Origin: Pseudomonadota bacterium
GTDB lineage: Bacteria > Pseudomonadota > Alphaproteobacteria > Rickettsiales > UBA8987
DNA: 64,000 nucleotides
Assembly (NCBI GenBank): GCA_048498735.1
Contig: JBEHXK010000005.1
Span: forward strand, 69,130 to 133,129
Reading direction: 5' to 3'
The notes below the pieces were generated by a model, which had not been told where the DNA came from, ran no database searches, and worked only from the letters and a program-made list of their open reading frames with translations. A program made the position numbers and the translations under genes. Shown here one piece after another: positions 1 through 9,556 of this stretch (positions within the stretch are counted from its first letter, which is position 1; every line of letters begins with the position of its first letter).

Positions 1-189
1 GATACCAATCAGCCAGGCAACGAAAGGAGGTTTGGAATAATAACCAAGCGCAGGCGTTTTGGCCCAGGCCCAATATTGCGCTTCATCAACCCATAAATTA
101 AGATCAACCAGGTGCAGGCATAAAGCCTTTAACAGCAGCAAAGCTGTCAGGCTTGATATTGTATATAGAAAATAATTTTTTCTCTCCAT
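1..189 (-). CDS. Glycosyltransferase family 39 (ArnT/PMT-like) membrane protein, N-terminal 63 codons only (gene runs off the left edge)
   Basis: Absent from the ORF track because it has no stop inside the window. The reverse-strand ATG at 189-187 gives MERKNYFLYTISSLTALLLLKALCLHLVDLNLWVDEAQYWAWAKTPALGYYSKPPFVAWLIGI. The DEAxYW...GYYSKPP...AW segment matches the conserved first-loop motif of GT39/ArnT-type glycosyltransferases. Confidence 0.55.
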   Translation of the reverse strand, partial: MERKNYFLYTISSLTALLLLKALCLHLVDLNLWVDEAQYWAWAKTPALGYYSKPPFVAWLIGI

Positions 190-251
190 CTTCCGGCTAT
201 AGGGGCTTTAGTTTAAGATAAGCTTAATAATATTTTTCATGGCAGATAAAA

Positions 252-467
252 ATGAAAAAAGCAAAAGATACGGAATTAGAGATAAAGATAGCCCTTGTTG
301 AGCAAGGCTTTGTGGATATCAGGAAACGGCTAGATTATATTGAAACTCGACTGGAAGTGCTGGCCGGAACTATATATAGAGGTTTAGGTGCCTGGCGCGC
401 GGTGATCTATATTGCCTCTGCAAGCGGTGCAATGGCAGGATTTGTAAAGCTGGTGCTGCGACAATAA
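252..467 (+). CDS. Hypothetical small membrane protein (71 aa)
   Basis: Charged, coiled-coil-like N-terminal half (ELEIKIALVEQGFVDIRKRLDYIETRLE) and one C-terminal hydrophobic helix (AVIYIASASGAMAGFVKLVL). The SD is weak and no family was recognised. Confidence 0.35.
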   Translation: MKKAKDTELEIKIALVEQGFVDIRKRLDYIETRLEVLAGTIYRGLGAWRAVIYIASASGAMAGFVKLVLRQ

Positions 468-470
468 GAA

Positions 471-3269
471 TTAGCGACCATTAAAGAACTTGCCTTCCCA
501 ATAGCTCATCATGCCCTTATCATCCCATTCGGTTTCAACATCAGGAATGTTACCTGTGGTAGTGCCTTGCAGGTTATAGACATCATTATTAGCAGTAAGT
601 GCATCAAAATTACTTTTTATGTTAGCACTCCAATCTGGCAGATCAATGTTGCCAGACACAGTGCCTGACTGAATCTGATCACTGGTGAGTTTCAGATTAT
701 CAAATATTATATGGCCCTGATCAATCTGGAAAACACCTGTGAAGAAGCCAAATTGCGTCTGGCCTTTGCTTAGTAATTCATCAGATATTATCTTGATATA
801 TTCACGACGTTTGACCAAAGGCAGAGCTTTGCCGGTTGCTGTAAGATCAAAACCATCAAGAGTAAAACCTTTTGAAGCAATTGAGAAATTGCCCTTCAAA
901 CTCTGCACCATTTGCTCAATAGTGTAACCAGTGCCGGCGATCACGCCACTCATATTGAAGGTTGCATCTATGCCTCCAAAACCCAAGGTTTGTGCCATGA
1001 ATGACTTCATATCAAGATCAGTAGTTATGAAAGAGATATTAAATGATGGATATTCGCTGGTTAGATAACCACGGAAATCAATCTTATTACCGAAGATATT
1101 TCCCTTGGCCGCATCTATTATAAATTTGCCTTCATCGGTATGAGATTTCATTGTGAAATCAGTAAGTGTGTAGTGGAAGAATTTCAGCGTATCAATCTTA
1201 AGATCAAGATTACCCTGGAAGCTGCCGAGCTTATCGAAATTGACCTTCTCATTACTCCATCTGCCATCAAAATTATAAACATCATTCTGTTTCACCTGCT
1301 CACCATACATCAACAGGTCCATATCATATTTATCAAGCTCCAGGTTTACCTGTAATTTCGGCTGGAAGTCAGTGAGATCAAGATGTGCCTTGCCACTCAC
1401 CTGGCCAAGGATATCTGACTTGAAGAAGATATTTTTCACTTCCGTAACACCCGGCATTACCTGTGCGTAGATGGAAAAATCCGTATAGGTTTGAGAATTT
1501 TTGGTCATCTTATCAGCTTCCAGGGAAAGATCGAGGCGATCAAAAAGTGAGTCTATAACTCGCAGGAAATCGAGTTTCTCGGCAAGGATATTCTCACCCT
1601 TGGAAAGACCCAAATCGGGGTTCTTATCAAGCTGGATATATTTATCGATGCTCAAATTGGTGAAATCAAACGCTGCAGATGCGTTGAAATCCTTGGAATA
1701 ATCGATCAGCATCTGGCCGGCGAACTTGTCATCATTTATGCGCGCAATGATCTCACGGAAGTGTATGTTCTGGTTATAAAGAAAACCTTTGGTATCGATA
1801 TAGAACTGGCCGAAGCGCTGCTGCTTTTTGTCTGCACCATTATTATCAAGCGAAGCAGAAAGTGTATCCATATCTTTGCCGGCTATCACTATACGCACGG
1901 AGCCCTTCAATTGCTGCTGCTGTTTTAGTACGTTTATATTACTGGTAACACTCATGGCAGATTCACCTGGAAGCTGCGCCTTGAAACTGCTAATGACGAA
2001 GTTATCGTCCTTCAGGCTTGCCGAAACATCAAGTGTGCCGACCTGGTTATTGTAAAAATTTATCTTAGGGGCTTTCAATCTGAAAGTGAAATTCACATCA
2101 TCTCCAAGCGCAAACAGGAAGAAATCCTCCAGCTTCTTGCGGAAATTACGCTCGATCTTCTGCGCCTTTCTCTCAGAAACCATTTCGAAATGACTCTTGA
2201 ACATCTGGTCATAGTTAAGCTGGCCTATATCTAATTCTATAACGCTGTTATTCTTAGCGCCCATATCGATCTCATCGCTCGCGGAAGCTGCAATTATCTG
2301 ACTGTTAGCGGTTAGATTTTTCAATGAGAGGTGATTATTGGCATAACTGTATGAAGCACTGATCTTGGCCTGCTCATTACTGCGGATACTATCCTTGAAT
2401 TCCTGGGGAACCCCAACAAGACTGAAAAGCGCCTTGGTAAAACCATTAAATGTACCTTCCATATTACCATCAAATGAAACATCATTCTCAGCATTTAATT
2501 TGCCGGAAAATTTCATTTCAGTATCGTTAGCATATATCCTGCCGCTATAGGTCTGATCGGCACCGCGACCTTTGGTAGAAAGTTCAAAGAAATAGGTCTG
2601 ATCTAAGGTCTTTGAATTGATGCTGCCTTTGATATTTACACTGCTGCTGCTGCCCGGATCTATGGTGCCTTCAAGTGTTGGGAAAGTAAACGTGCGCGTT
2701 ATTACCTTATCTGTGGTAATAGGATCTTTCTTATTTATATTTATGGTCAGATTTTTAAAGGAAAGTTTCTTATCGCTTAAGCCGCCCTTAGAAAATATCT
2801 TTTTCAGGATGGTAATACCGTCCGTTCCTTCGCCAATATCAATATTCAATTTAACATTTTCGAAGAAGGCATTATCAAGATTTACATGACCAAGAACCGC
2901 ATTTGCAATGCTTGGGCTGGTTCTTGCGATTTCCGCCTCCAGAAAATTCTGCTTATTCAATGAGGTTTCGTTCCCGACAACAAGCTTGTTAATTACAAAC
3001 ACCGGCTCCGGTTCTTTATAGAACTTTACATCTCCCTGTATATCTGCCTTATTACCGCTGATCTGATCAAGCTTCGTGATAATGTTTGTCTTAACGCGGT
3101 TCTCGCTGACCAATAAATTAACTATGGCGCCAAAACTTATCCAGAGAATAAAAGCAAGAAGCAAACCGAACATGATAACACGGTTCAGCAGCGATTCCGT
3201 GCGGGTAACGAATGTTACAAGCTTTTCCTTGAGGTGGTATAACTTATCTATTATTTCTTCGCGGATCAT
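471..3269 (-). CDS. AsmA-family outer-membrane biogenesis protein
   Basis: 932 aa with a single N-terminal TM helix (FGLLLAFILWISFGAIVNLLV), followed by a long Asn/Ser/Thr/Gly-rich beta-type periplasmic region. Size and layout fit the AsmA family. The start overlaps the pleD stop by 4 nt, implying an operon. Confidence 0.65.
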   Translation of the reverse strand: MIREEIIDKLYHLKEKLVTFVTRTESLLNRVIMFGLLLAFILWISFGAIVNLLVSENRVKTNIITKLDQISGNKADIQGDVKFYKEPEPVFVINKLVVGNETSLNKQNFLEAEIARTSPSIANAVLGHVNLDNAFFENVKLNIDIGEGTDGITILKKIFSKGGLSDKKLSFKNLTININKKDPITTDKVITRTFTFPTLEGTIDPGSSSSVNIKGSINSKTLDQTYFFELSTKGRGADQTYSGRIYANDTEMKFSGKLNAENDVSFDGNMEGTFNGFTKALFSLVGVPQEFKDSIRSNEQAKISASYSYANNHLSLKNLTANSQIIAASASDEIDMGAKNNSVIELDIGQLNYDQMFKSHFEMVSERKAQKIERNFRKKLEDFFLFALGDDVNFTFRLKAPKINFYNNQVGTLDVSASLKDDNFVISSFKAQLPGESAMSVTSNINVLKQQQQLKGSVRIVIAGKDMDTLSASLDNNGADKKQQRFGQFYIDTKGFLYNQNIHFREIIARINDDKFAGQMLIDYSKDFNASAAFDFTNLSIDKYIQLDKNPDLGLSKGENILAEKLDFLRVIDSLFDRLDLSLEADKMTKNSQTYTDFSIYAQVMPGVTEVKNIFFKSDILGQVSGKAHLDLTDFQPKLQVNLELDKYDMDLLMYGEQVKQNDVYNFDGRWSNEKVNFDKLGSFQGNLDLKIDTLKFFHYTLTDFTMKSHTDEGKFIIDAAKGNIFGNKIDFRGYLTSEYPSFNISFITTDLDMKSFMAQTLGFGGIDATFNMSGVIAGTGYTIEQMVQSLKGNFSIASKGFTLDGFDLTATGKALPLVKRREYIKIISDELLSKGQTQFGFFTGVFQIDQGHIIFDNLKLTSDQIQSGTVSGNIDLPDWSANIKSNFDALTANNDVYNLQGTTTGNIPDVETEWDDKGMMSYWEGKFFNGR

Positions 3270-4633
3270 TCTGCCACAACTACTTTATTCTTACCTGTAG
3301 TTTTAGCCTTATATAACATTTCATCTGACCTGTTAATCAAATCTTCAGGCGTATCGCCGGACTGATGCATCGCAGCATCACCAATGCTTACCGTACACAT
3401 AAGGCTGCCGGGAGCCGCAGATATATTGATCGGCGTATCGGCAATGGTTTTCCTGATACGTTCAGCTACCACCTTGCCGGTTTCAAAATTAGTGTTGGTC
3501 AGAACCACAATGAATTCCTCCCCGCCATGACGAACTGCCAGGTCATTATCACGCACGCACTGGCGGATGCGGTTCGCCACTTCGCGCAAAACCTCATCAC
3601 CGATATGGTGTCCCCAGCCCGGCTTATCATTCACCTGCTTGAAATTATCGATATCGATGGTAAGCAGAACAAGATTATCTTTCTTCTGCATAGATTCAGT
3701 GAATATCGTGCCAAGGTGCTGCTCAAGATAGCGGCGGTTATAAAGCTTTGTAAGCTGATCGACCACGGCTGCACTGATACTATCTTCAATGCCGACACGC
3801 AGATTATCCTGAATTTTCTTACGGCGCAGTAATGTTCTGCTGCGTGCAATCAACTCGTTAACATCAAGCGGTTCCATGACATAATCATCAATGCCAACCT
3901 GCAGGCCTTTGAGCATGGTTTCCTTGCTTGTCTCATCAACCAATATAACTACCGGCACACGGCGCTTATCTTCCATGCCCTTAATTTCTGCTGCTATACG
4001 AAGACCGTTCGCTTCTGTCATCAACGTGCTGACCACTGCAAGGTCAAAATTCACATGCTGCACTTTTTCAACCGCATCATTTGGCTGATATACCAGAACC
4101 TGATGGCCTTCCTTCTCAAATGCCATTTTCATTTTGCGGATCTCAAAAACATCATCACTTACAAGAACTATGGTTGAACGCAGATCCAGATCGGAAAGCG
4201 GACGGGCTTTTGAACCAAGGGTGGAATTGGTTTTATCACGCAGTTTAAGCTCATCAAAAAGTTCCTTGATACGAATGAGTGAACGAACGCGTGTGAAAAG
4301 GTGGAATTCATCGATCGGCTTGGTAATGAAATCATCAGCGCCGGATTCCAGGCCCTTCACCTTATCTTCCTGCTCGGTCAGTGCGGTGACCATGATGACC
4401 GGAATAGCCGCGGTGATGGGGTCATCCTTCAATTTACGGCAGGTCTGGAAACCATCCATCTCCGGCATCATCACATCAAGCAGGATGATGTCAGGAAGTT
4501 TTTCCCGCGCAACCTTAATGGCATCAAAACCGTTATTGACGCTGAAAACGGTATAATATTCGCTTTTCAGCTTTGCTTCCAGAAGCCTTAAATTCGGCTC
4601 GAGATCATCAACTATGAGAACTTTTCCTGCCAT
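3266..4633 (-). CDS. pleD: Response regulator / diguanylate cyclase PleD (REC-REC-GGDEF)
   Basis: N-terminal receiver (VDDLEPNL...LDVMMPEMDG), a second degenerate receiver, and a GGDEF domain. The active site is GGEEF, with an RxxD I-site five residues upstream (RDNDLAVRHGGEEF). The gene lies directly downstream of divK with a 1-nt overlap. Confidence 0.9.
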   Translation of the reverse strand: MAGKVLIVDDLEPNLRLLEAKLKSEYYTVFSVNNGFDAIKVAREKLPDIILLDVMMPEMDGFQTCRKLKDDPITAAIPVIMVTALTEQEDKVKGLESGADDFITKPIDEFHLFTRVRSLIRIKELFDELKLRDKTNSTLGSKARPLSDLDLRSTIVLVSDDVFEIRKMKMAFEKEGHQVLVYQPNDAVEKVQHVNFDLAVVSTLMTEANGLRIAAEIKGMEDKRRVPVVILVDETSKETMLKGLQVGIDDYVMEPLDVNELIARSRTLLRRKKIQDNLRVGIEDSISAAVVDQLTKLYNRRYLEQHLGTIFTESMQKKDNLVLLTIDIDNFKQVNDKPGWGHHIGDEVLREVANRIRQCVRDNDLAVRHGGEEFIVVLTNTNFETGKVVAERIRKTIADTPINISAAPGSLMCTVSIGDAAMHQSGDTPEDLINRSDEMLYKAKTTGKNKVVVAE

Positions 4634-5001
4634 CAGCTATATTTCTTTATAATTTCCATGAAGTTTACGATCGATATCGGCTTTGAGATATACTCTTCAG
4701 CGCCGGAATTCAAAATATTTTCCCGATCATCCTGCATTGCGAAGGCAGTTACCGCGATAACGGGTATTTTTTTCAACAACTCATCAACTTTCAGGCGCTC
4801 TATTATATCAATGCCGGAGATATTAGGCAATTGTATATCCATGATTATGACATCAGGCTTCTGCTGGTGGCATATCTCGATTATATTTGTGCCATCACGA
4901 TTCTGGATGACCTCAAAATCATTAGCTTCGAGCAGATCAGAAAATAATTTCAGATTAAGCTCGTTATCTTCCACAACGAGTATTTTCTTTCTTGAAGACA
5001 T
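4633..5001 (-). CDS. divK: Single-domain response regulator DivK
   Basis: 122-aa stand-alone receiver (VVEDNELN, IIMDIQLPNISG, ISKP) immediately upstream of pleD. This is the conserved alphaproteobacterial divK-pleD arrangement. Confidence 0.85.
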   Translation of the reverse strand: MSSRKKILVVEDNELNLKLFSDLLEANDFEVIQNRDGTNIIEICHQQKPDVIIMDIQLPNISGIDIIERLKVDELLKKIPVIAVTAFAMQDDRENILNSGAEEYISKPISIVNFMEIIKKYS

Positions 5002-5016
5002 TAAAAAACCGATTGG

Positions 5017-5508
5017 TTACGCTAACGCTTTTTTGATCGACTGCAGCTCTTCCAGCAGCGATTTTATTACATCTGCGTTTATAGAATCATCAGATTTGGT
5101 GGCAGATTCAAGTAAATCCATTTCAACCGGCTCAACCAGCTCTATTTTTTGTGGAACCGGTGGGGTTTGTGCCTCGCTATCGAACAGGCTGTGCTGGTTG
5201 CTGATATCGGCTGATGTCATGAATCCTTTTTCCTTAAGATATTTCTGTGCACCTTTTATAGTGTACCCCTGATCGTATAAAAGTTTTTTTATCTCATATA
5301 TGGCTTTGATGTCAACTTCGCTGTAATATCTGTGACCGCCGCGCCTTTTATGCGGCTTTATGGCGAGGAACTTGCTTTCCCAGAAGCGCAGGACATGGGG
5401 CGGAACACCGATCTCCGCTGAGACCTCACCGATCGTTTTAAAAAAATGATCAGCTTCAGAAAAATCCATTTTGTCACTTATCGAAATTTCCTGTACACCC
5501 ATGGGCAT
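5017..5508 (-). CDS. MerR-family transcriptional regulator
   Basis: MerR-type HTH: FKTIGEVSAEIGVPPHVLRFWESKF...RRGGHRYYSEVDI. The true start may be an internal Met (MDFSEADHFF). Confidence 0.8.
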   Translation of the reverse strand: MPMGVQEISISDKMDFSEADHFFKTIGEVSAEIGVPPHVLRFWESKFLAIKPHKRRGGHRYYSEVDIKAIYEIKKLLYDQGYTIKGAQKYLKEKGFMTSADISNQHSLFDSEAQTPPVPQKIELVEPVEMDLLESATKSDDSINADVIKSLLEELQSIKKALA

Positions 5509-5587
5509 ATATTAACGCGATAATTTTTTCGTATCAAGTTTTAAAATTTTTATTATCGTGAAAAAAATCTTCAAAAGAAAATTACAT

Positions 5588-6604
5588 ATGGAAAAAAAAT
5601 ATAAGTTACTCGGTTTAGGCAGCGCAATATTGGATGTTATATCTTACAAGAATTCAGACTTCCTTGAAAAGAACGGACTGGTTCGCGGCGGCATGACATT
5701 GATCGATTATGATACGTCTCGCAAATTATATGATACTCTGGGTTCGGCGACAGAATGTTCCGGCGGCTCGGCTGCAAATACGGTCGCGGCATTTTCTATG
5801 CTTGGCGGCAAGGCTGCGTTCATAGGTAAAACCCGGGATGATTTCGGTGGCAGAACCTTCAGGAAAGAAATGGAAAAGATCGGTGCTGATACATTATGTG
5901 CAAACACTACCGACGGGCTTTCAACTTCCCGCTGCGTGATTCTGGTTACCGAGGAAGAAGGATATCTGGGCCGCAAACATATCGAACGCACCATGGCGAC
6001 ATATCTTGATTTCAAAGTGATCATCGGCCCGGATGATATCACTGAAGAACTTATCCAATCAACCGAGGTTATTTTCATTGAAGGTTATCTGTTCGATAAC
6101 CCGATCTCAAAAGAAGCGGTGGCAAAAGCCATAGAAATTGCCAAACGCAACAAGGTGAAAGTTGCTTTCACACTTTCTGATCCGCATTGCGTGCAGCGCC
6201 ACAAGGCCGATTTCCTGAAACTGGTGGAAAATGACGCTGACATAATGTTTGCAAATGAAAACGAGGCGCAAAGCCTATATGAAGGTTTTGATAATAAACG
6301 TATGCTGCATAAATTTTTGGAAACGCCTTCGATCAAATGCATCACGAGAAGTGAAAGCGGTTCATATGTGATCTGGGATGAGAAATTATATGATATCGAG
6401 CCGGTGAAAACATCTGCCGTATATGATGTTACTGGTGCGGGCGATTGCTATGCTGCGGGATTTTTGTTTGGGTATGTGAACGGACATGATGCTGAAATTT
6501 GCGGGCATATTGCTTCTGCCTGCGCAACCGAAGTTATACAATATCTCGGCGGCAGACCGGTGACCGATCTGGTTGCGGTTTATAATAATATTGTAAAAGG
6601 CTGA
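5588..6604 (+). CDS. PfkB-family carbohydrate/adenosine kinase
   Basis: Ribokinase-fold motifs: N-terminal LGLGSAILD and C-terminal DVTGAGDCYAAGF. The track start at 5558 is GTG; the ATG at 5588 (MEKKYKLLGLG) is preferred. Confidence 0.8.
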   Translation: MEKKYKLLGLGSAILDVISYKNSDFLEKNGLVRGGMTLIDYDTSRKLYDTLGSATECSGGSAANTVAAFSMLGGKAAFIGKTRDDFGGRTFRKEMEKIGADTLCANTTDGLSTSRCVILVTEEEGYLGRKHIERTMATYLDFKVIIGPDDITEELIQSTEVIFIEGYLFDNPISKEAVAKAIEIAKRNKVKVAFTLSDPHCVQRHKADFLKLVENDADIMFANENEAQSLYEGFDNKRMLHKFLETPSIKCITRSESGSYVIWDEKLYDIEPVKTSAVYDVTGAGDCYAAGFLFGYVNGHDAEICGHIASACATEVIQYLGGRPVTDLVAVYNNIVKG

Positions 6605-8706
6605 TGCGCCCGGGCGTATTAAATTTTTTCTTCAAACCCCTTTCATCATTAAAGGGGATAGGCCCGGTGACAAAACAGAAGTTCACAAAAATTTTCGGGC
6701 GCGATGAACCGGTTGCAAAAGACCTGCTTATGCATGTGCCGGTGAATATAATCACACGCGAAGTTGAGCCCAACCTCCTGCTCATCAGCGATGGTTCTAA
6801 TATCATCATTACCTTGAAAGTTGAATCAGTTCAGGAGAAAAGAGCTGGTGCAAGAAAGTTCATTTATAACATCGAATGCAGCAGTAAAAGCGGTTTTGTA
6901 ACTATTGTGTATTTCAATGCACATAAAGACACAATCAATAAAATGTATGCGCCGGGAAGGGTGATAAAAGTTGCGGGGAAGATCGAGCGTTATAATAACA
7001 GGATACAGATCGCGCACCCAGATTATGTGGTTAATGGCGATAAGGAAATTGACGCGGTGGAGCCGGTTTATCCACTCACTGCCGGCATCAGCAATCGCCT
7101 GATGAATAAAACCGTAAAGATGTTATTGCCGGAAATTCCAAAGCTTGATGAATGGTGCGACAAAGAATTTTTGGCTCAGGGAAAATTTTCTACATTCGAT
7201 GAAAGTTTGAAAAAAATCCATAACCCGAAAACCATGGCAGACCTGGATATTTCAGCCCCGCAGAGAAAGCGCCTGGCCTTTGATGAAATGCTTGCAAACC
7301 AATTGGCACTGGCACTTTCTCGCAGATCGCTGACAAAACAGAAAGGTGTAAAGATCGAGACTGAAAATATTTTCACCAAGGAACTTTTAAACGTTCTGCC
7401 ATATAAATTAACAGGTGGGCAGAAGGATATAACCAAAGAGATCTTTGCTGATCTGCGCTCGGACAATAAAATGTTTCGCCTGATTCAGGGTGATGTGGGC
7501 AGCGGTAAAACCATAGTTGCGATACTCGCGATGTTAAAGGCGGTAGAAGCGGGTTTTCAGGCGGCGTTCATGCTGCCGACTGAGATATTGGCCAAACAGC
7601 AATATGATATTATGAAAGAAATTTTGGAGAATGATTTCTTTAAGCGAAATAATATTAAAACCTGTTTGCTTGTTGGAAGCGTGAAAGAGGCAGAAAAGAA
7701 AAAATTATATGAGAAAATTGCGAATGGTGAATATCAGATAGTGATCGGCACGCATGCGCTGTTGCAGGAAAAAGTTGCGTTCAAAAAACTTGGGATAACG
7801 GTAATTGATGAGCAGCATCGCTTCGGTGTAAAGCAGCGCATGGAGCTCGCACAAAAAGGCGATGCGACGCACATATTATTAATGAGCGCCACCCCTATTC
7901 CGCGCACACTTGCGATGACGCTTTATGGTGATCTGGAGGTTTCAAGCCTGCAGGAAAAACCGGCAGGCAGGCAGAAGATCGATACGAGGATTTTATCTGC
8001 GGCGAAACTTGATGAAGTGATCGAAGAGCTTTCGCGCGCGATAAAAAATGATGAGCGTGCTTACTGGGTTTGCCCACTGATTTTTGATGAAGAGGAGCAA
8101 GGCAACGCCTCGGCCGAGAAAAGATATAAGGAGTTAAAGAAGATCTTTGGGGCAAAAGTTGCGATCGTCCATGGGCAGATGAAAACCAAGGAAAAGGATG
8201 AGGCTATAGAGAATTTCCGCACCGGCAAAGTGAAAATTCTAGTTGCAACAACTGTGATCGAGGTGGGTGTGAACGTGCCGGAGGCCAGCATTATAATAAT
8301 TGAACAGGCAGAGAAATTCGGCCTGGCACAGCTGCACCAATTACGCGGACGTGTAGGGCGTGGTGAGAAAAAATCATCCTGCATTCTGGTGTATAATTTC
8401 AAACTTGGCGAGAGTGGCAGAAGAAGATTAAATATATTGCGCGAGAGTGATGATGGTTTTGCCATCGCTGAGGAAGATTTAATGATGCGTGGCAGTGGTG
8501 ACCTTATCGGCGTGAAGCAGAGTGGCCTGCCTGAATTCACTTTCGCACTGCTGCCGGAACATAAAGATCTAATGCTTGCGGCACGTGACCAGGTGAAGAT
8601 AATGCTTTCAAAAGATGCTGACCTGAAATCAACTCAGGGAAATAATTTGCGCAATCTGCTTTATCTTTTCGAATATGAGAAACAGGTGCAGAATTTAAGG
8701 AGCTGA
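6604..8706 (+). CDS. recG: ATP-dependent DNA helicase RecG
   Basis: 700 aa with a wedge region and SF2 helicase motifs: GDVGSGKT, VIDEQHRFG, QLHQLRGRVGRG. Confidence 0.95.
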   Translation: MRPGVLNFFFKPLSSLKGIGPVTKQKFTKIFGRDEPVAKDLLMHVPVNIITREVEPNLLLISDGSNIIITLKVESVQEKRAGARKFIYNIECSSKSGFVTIVYFNAHKDTINKMYAPGRVIKVAGKIERYNNRIQIAHPDYVVNGDKEIDAVEPVYPLTAGISNRLMNKTVKMLLPEIPKLDEWCDKEFLAQGKFSTFDESLKKIHNPKTMADLDISAPQRKRLAFDEMLANQLALALSRRSLTKQKGVKIETENIFTKELLNVLPYKLTGGQKDITKEIFADLRSDNKMFRLIQGDVGSGKTIVAILAMLKAVEAGFQAAFMLPTEILAKQQYDIMKEILENDFFKRNNIKTCLLVGSVKEAEKKKLYEKIANGEYQIVIGTHALLQEKVAFKKLGITVIDEQHRFGVKQRMELAQKGDATHILLMSATPIPRTLAMTLYGDLEVSSLQEKPAGRQKIDTRILSAAKLDEVIEELSRAIKNDERAYWVCPLIFDEEEQGNASAEKRYKELKKIFGAKVAIVHGQMKTKEKDEAIENFRTGKVKILVATTVIEVGVNVPEASIIIIEQAEKFGLAQLHQLRGRVGRGEKKSSCILVYNFKLGESGRRRLNILRESDDGFAIAEEDLMMRGSGDLIGVKQSGLPEFTFALLPEHKDLMLAARDQVKIMLSKDADLKSTQGNNLRNLLYLFEYEKQVQNLRS

Positions 8707-8718
8707 AACACAGATTTT

Positions 8719-8798
8719 CGTCATTGCGAACAAAGTGAAGCAATCCAGCTTCCTAAAAGATAGATTGCCACGGTCGCTGGCACTCCCTCGCAATGACA
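8719..8798. repeat. Short palindromic (MITE/REP-like) element in the recG/queE convergent spacer
   Basis: Outer inverted repeat GTCATTGCGA (8720-8729) / TCGCAATGAC (8788-8797). Inner imperfect arms are GTGAAGCAATC (8736-8746) / GATTGCCAC (8763-8771). Only one copy was seen in this window. Confidence 0.6.
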
Positions 8799-8803
8799 AA
8801 CGA

Positions 8804-9481
8804 TTATTGTATGTTCATTATTTTATGAAGCTGCAGGCTGACGCGATAACCTTTCTCAAGCGCGAGCTTTTTCACCAACTCTACATTGGCTTTGTTTTTT
8901 GCCTCATCATGTTCATCCATAGGCTGAATGAACACCGGAGTTTGATACTGTGCCTGGCCCACTTCTGCAACTTCGGAGTAATCTTTCTTATTTGCAGAGA
9001 TTATGAATTTAAAAGCATTGATGCGCTTTAAAAGATCAGGTCGGATGGCAGCATAGCCATGCCCGGTATTTTTTGGTGAGCAGATTATTTCAACCGGCGC
9101 CGGAAGATCACGATATATAGTGCCATTGGTTTCGATCTGGATTTTAAAACCTTCTGCTATCAGATCGGTGCATAGATTTTCTATCGGCTGGCGCATTGGC
9201 TCGCCCCCAGTTATCACGATAAGGTTTGCAACACGTTTATTCGAATTATTCAAACTGAGTTTTTTCGCTTGAGAAACTATTTCGTCGATAGCTTTAGAAG
9301 AAAAACTTTCAAATTCAGTATCACAGAAATCACATGCAAGATTGCAGCCACCAAGGCGGATGAAAACAGAGACCTCCCCAGCATTAGGGCCCTCGCCCTG
9401 AAGGGTGAGGAACATCTCCTGGACATCGAGAACTTTGCCATCAGAAATTACCGGCGGCCTTTTTATGTTAGTTCCAAGCAT
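8804..9481 (-). CDS. queE: 7-carboxy-7-deazaguanine synthase QueE (radical SAM)
   Basis: CxxxCxxC cluster motif (CNLACDFC) preceded by the QueE-type FLTLQGEGPNAG segment. 225 aa. Confidence 0.9.
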   Translation of the reverse strand: MLGTNIKRPPVISDGKVLDVQEMFLTLQGEGPNAGEVSVFIRLGGCNLACDFCDTEFESFSSKAIDEIVSQAKKLSLNNSNKRVANLIVITGGEPMRQPIENLCTDLIAEGFKIQIETNGTIYRDLPAPVEIICSPKNTGHGYAAIRPDLLKRINAFKFIISANKKDYSEVAEVGQAQYQTPVFIQPMDEHDEAKNKANVELVKKLALEKGYRVSLQLHKIMNIQ

Positions 9482-9556
9482 TGGTTCTGCTATAAATATT
9501 GACTTTATTTCGCCCTGCTTATATCACAAAAACCGCTAATACCAAAAGACGAACTT

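Noticed and set aside
4658-5272. 204-aa plus-strand ORF spanning divK and the MerR-family gene
   Set aside because: It is fully antisense to two well-supported genes and has a low-complexity Ser/Ile/Phe-rich translation typical of a shadow frame in AT-rich DNA. The same reasoning applies to 3365-3832, 4134-4556 and 4301-4591 inside pleD.
8537-9031. Track ORFs 8537-8743 (-) and 8735-9031 (+)
   Set aside because: The first is antisense to the recG 3' end and runs into the palindromic element. The second starts inside the element and is antisense to queE. Such repeat-derived pseudo-ORFs (..LPRSLALPRNDK..) are a known annotation artefact.
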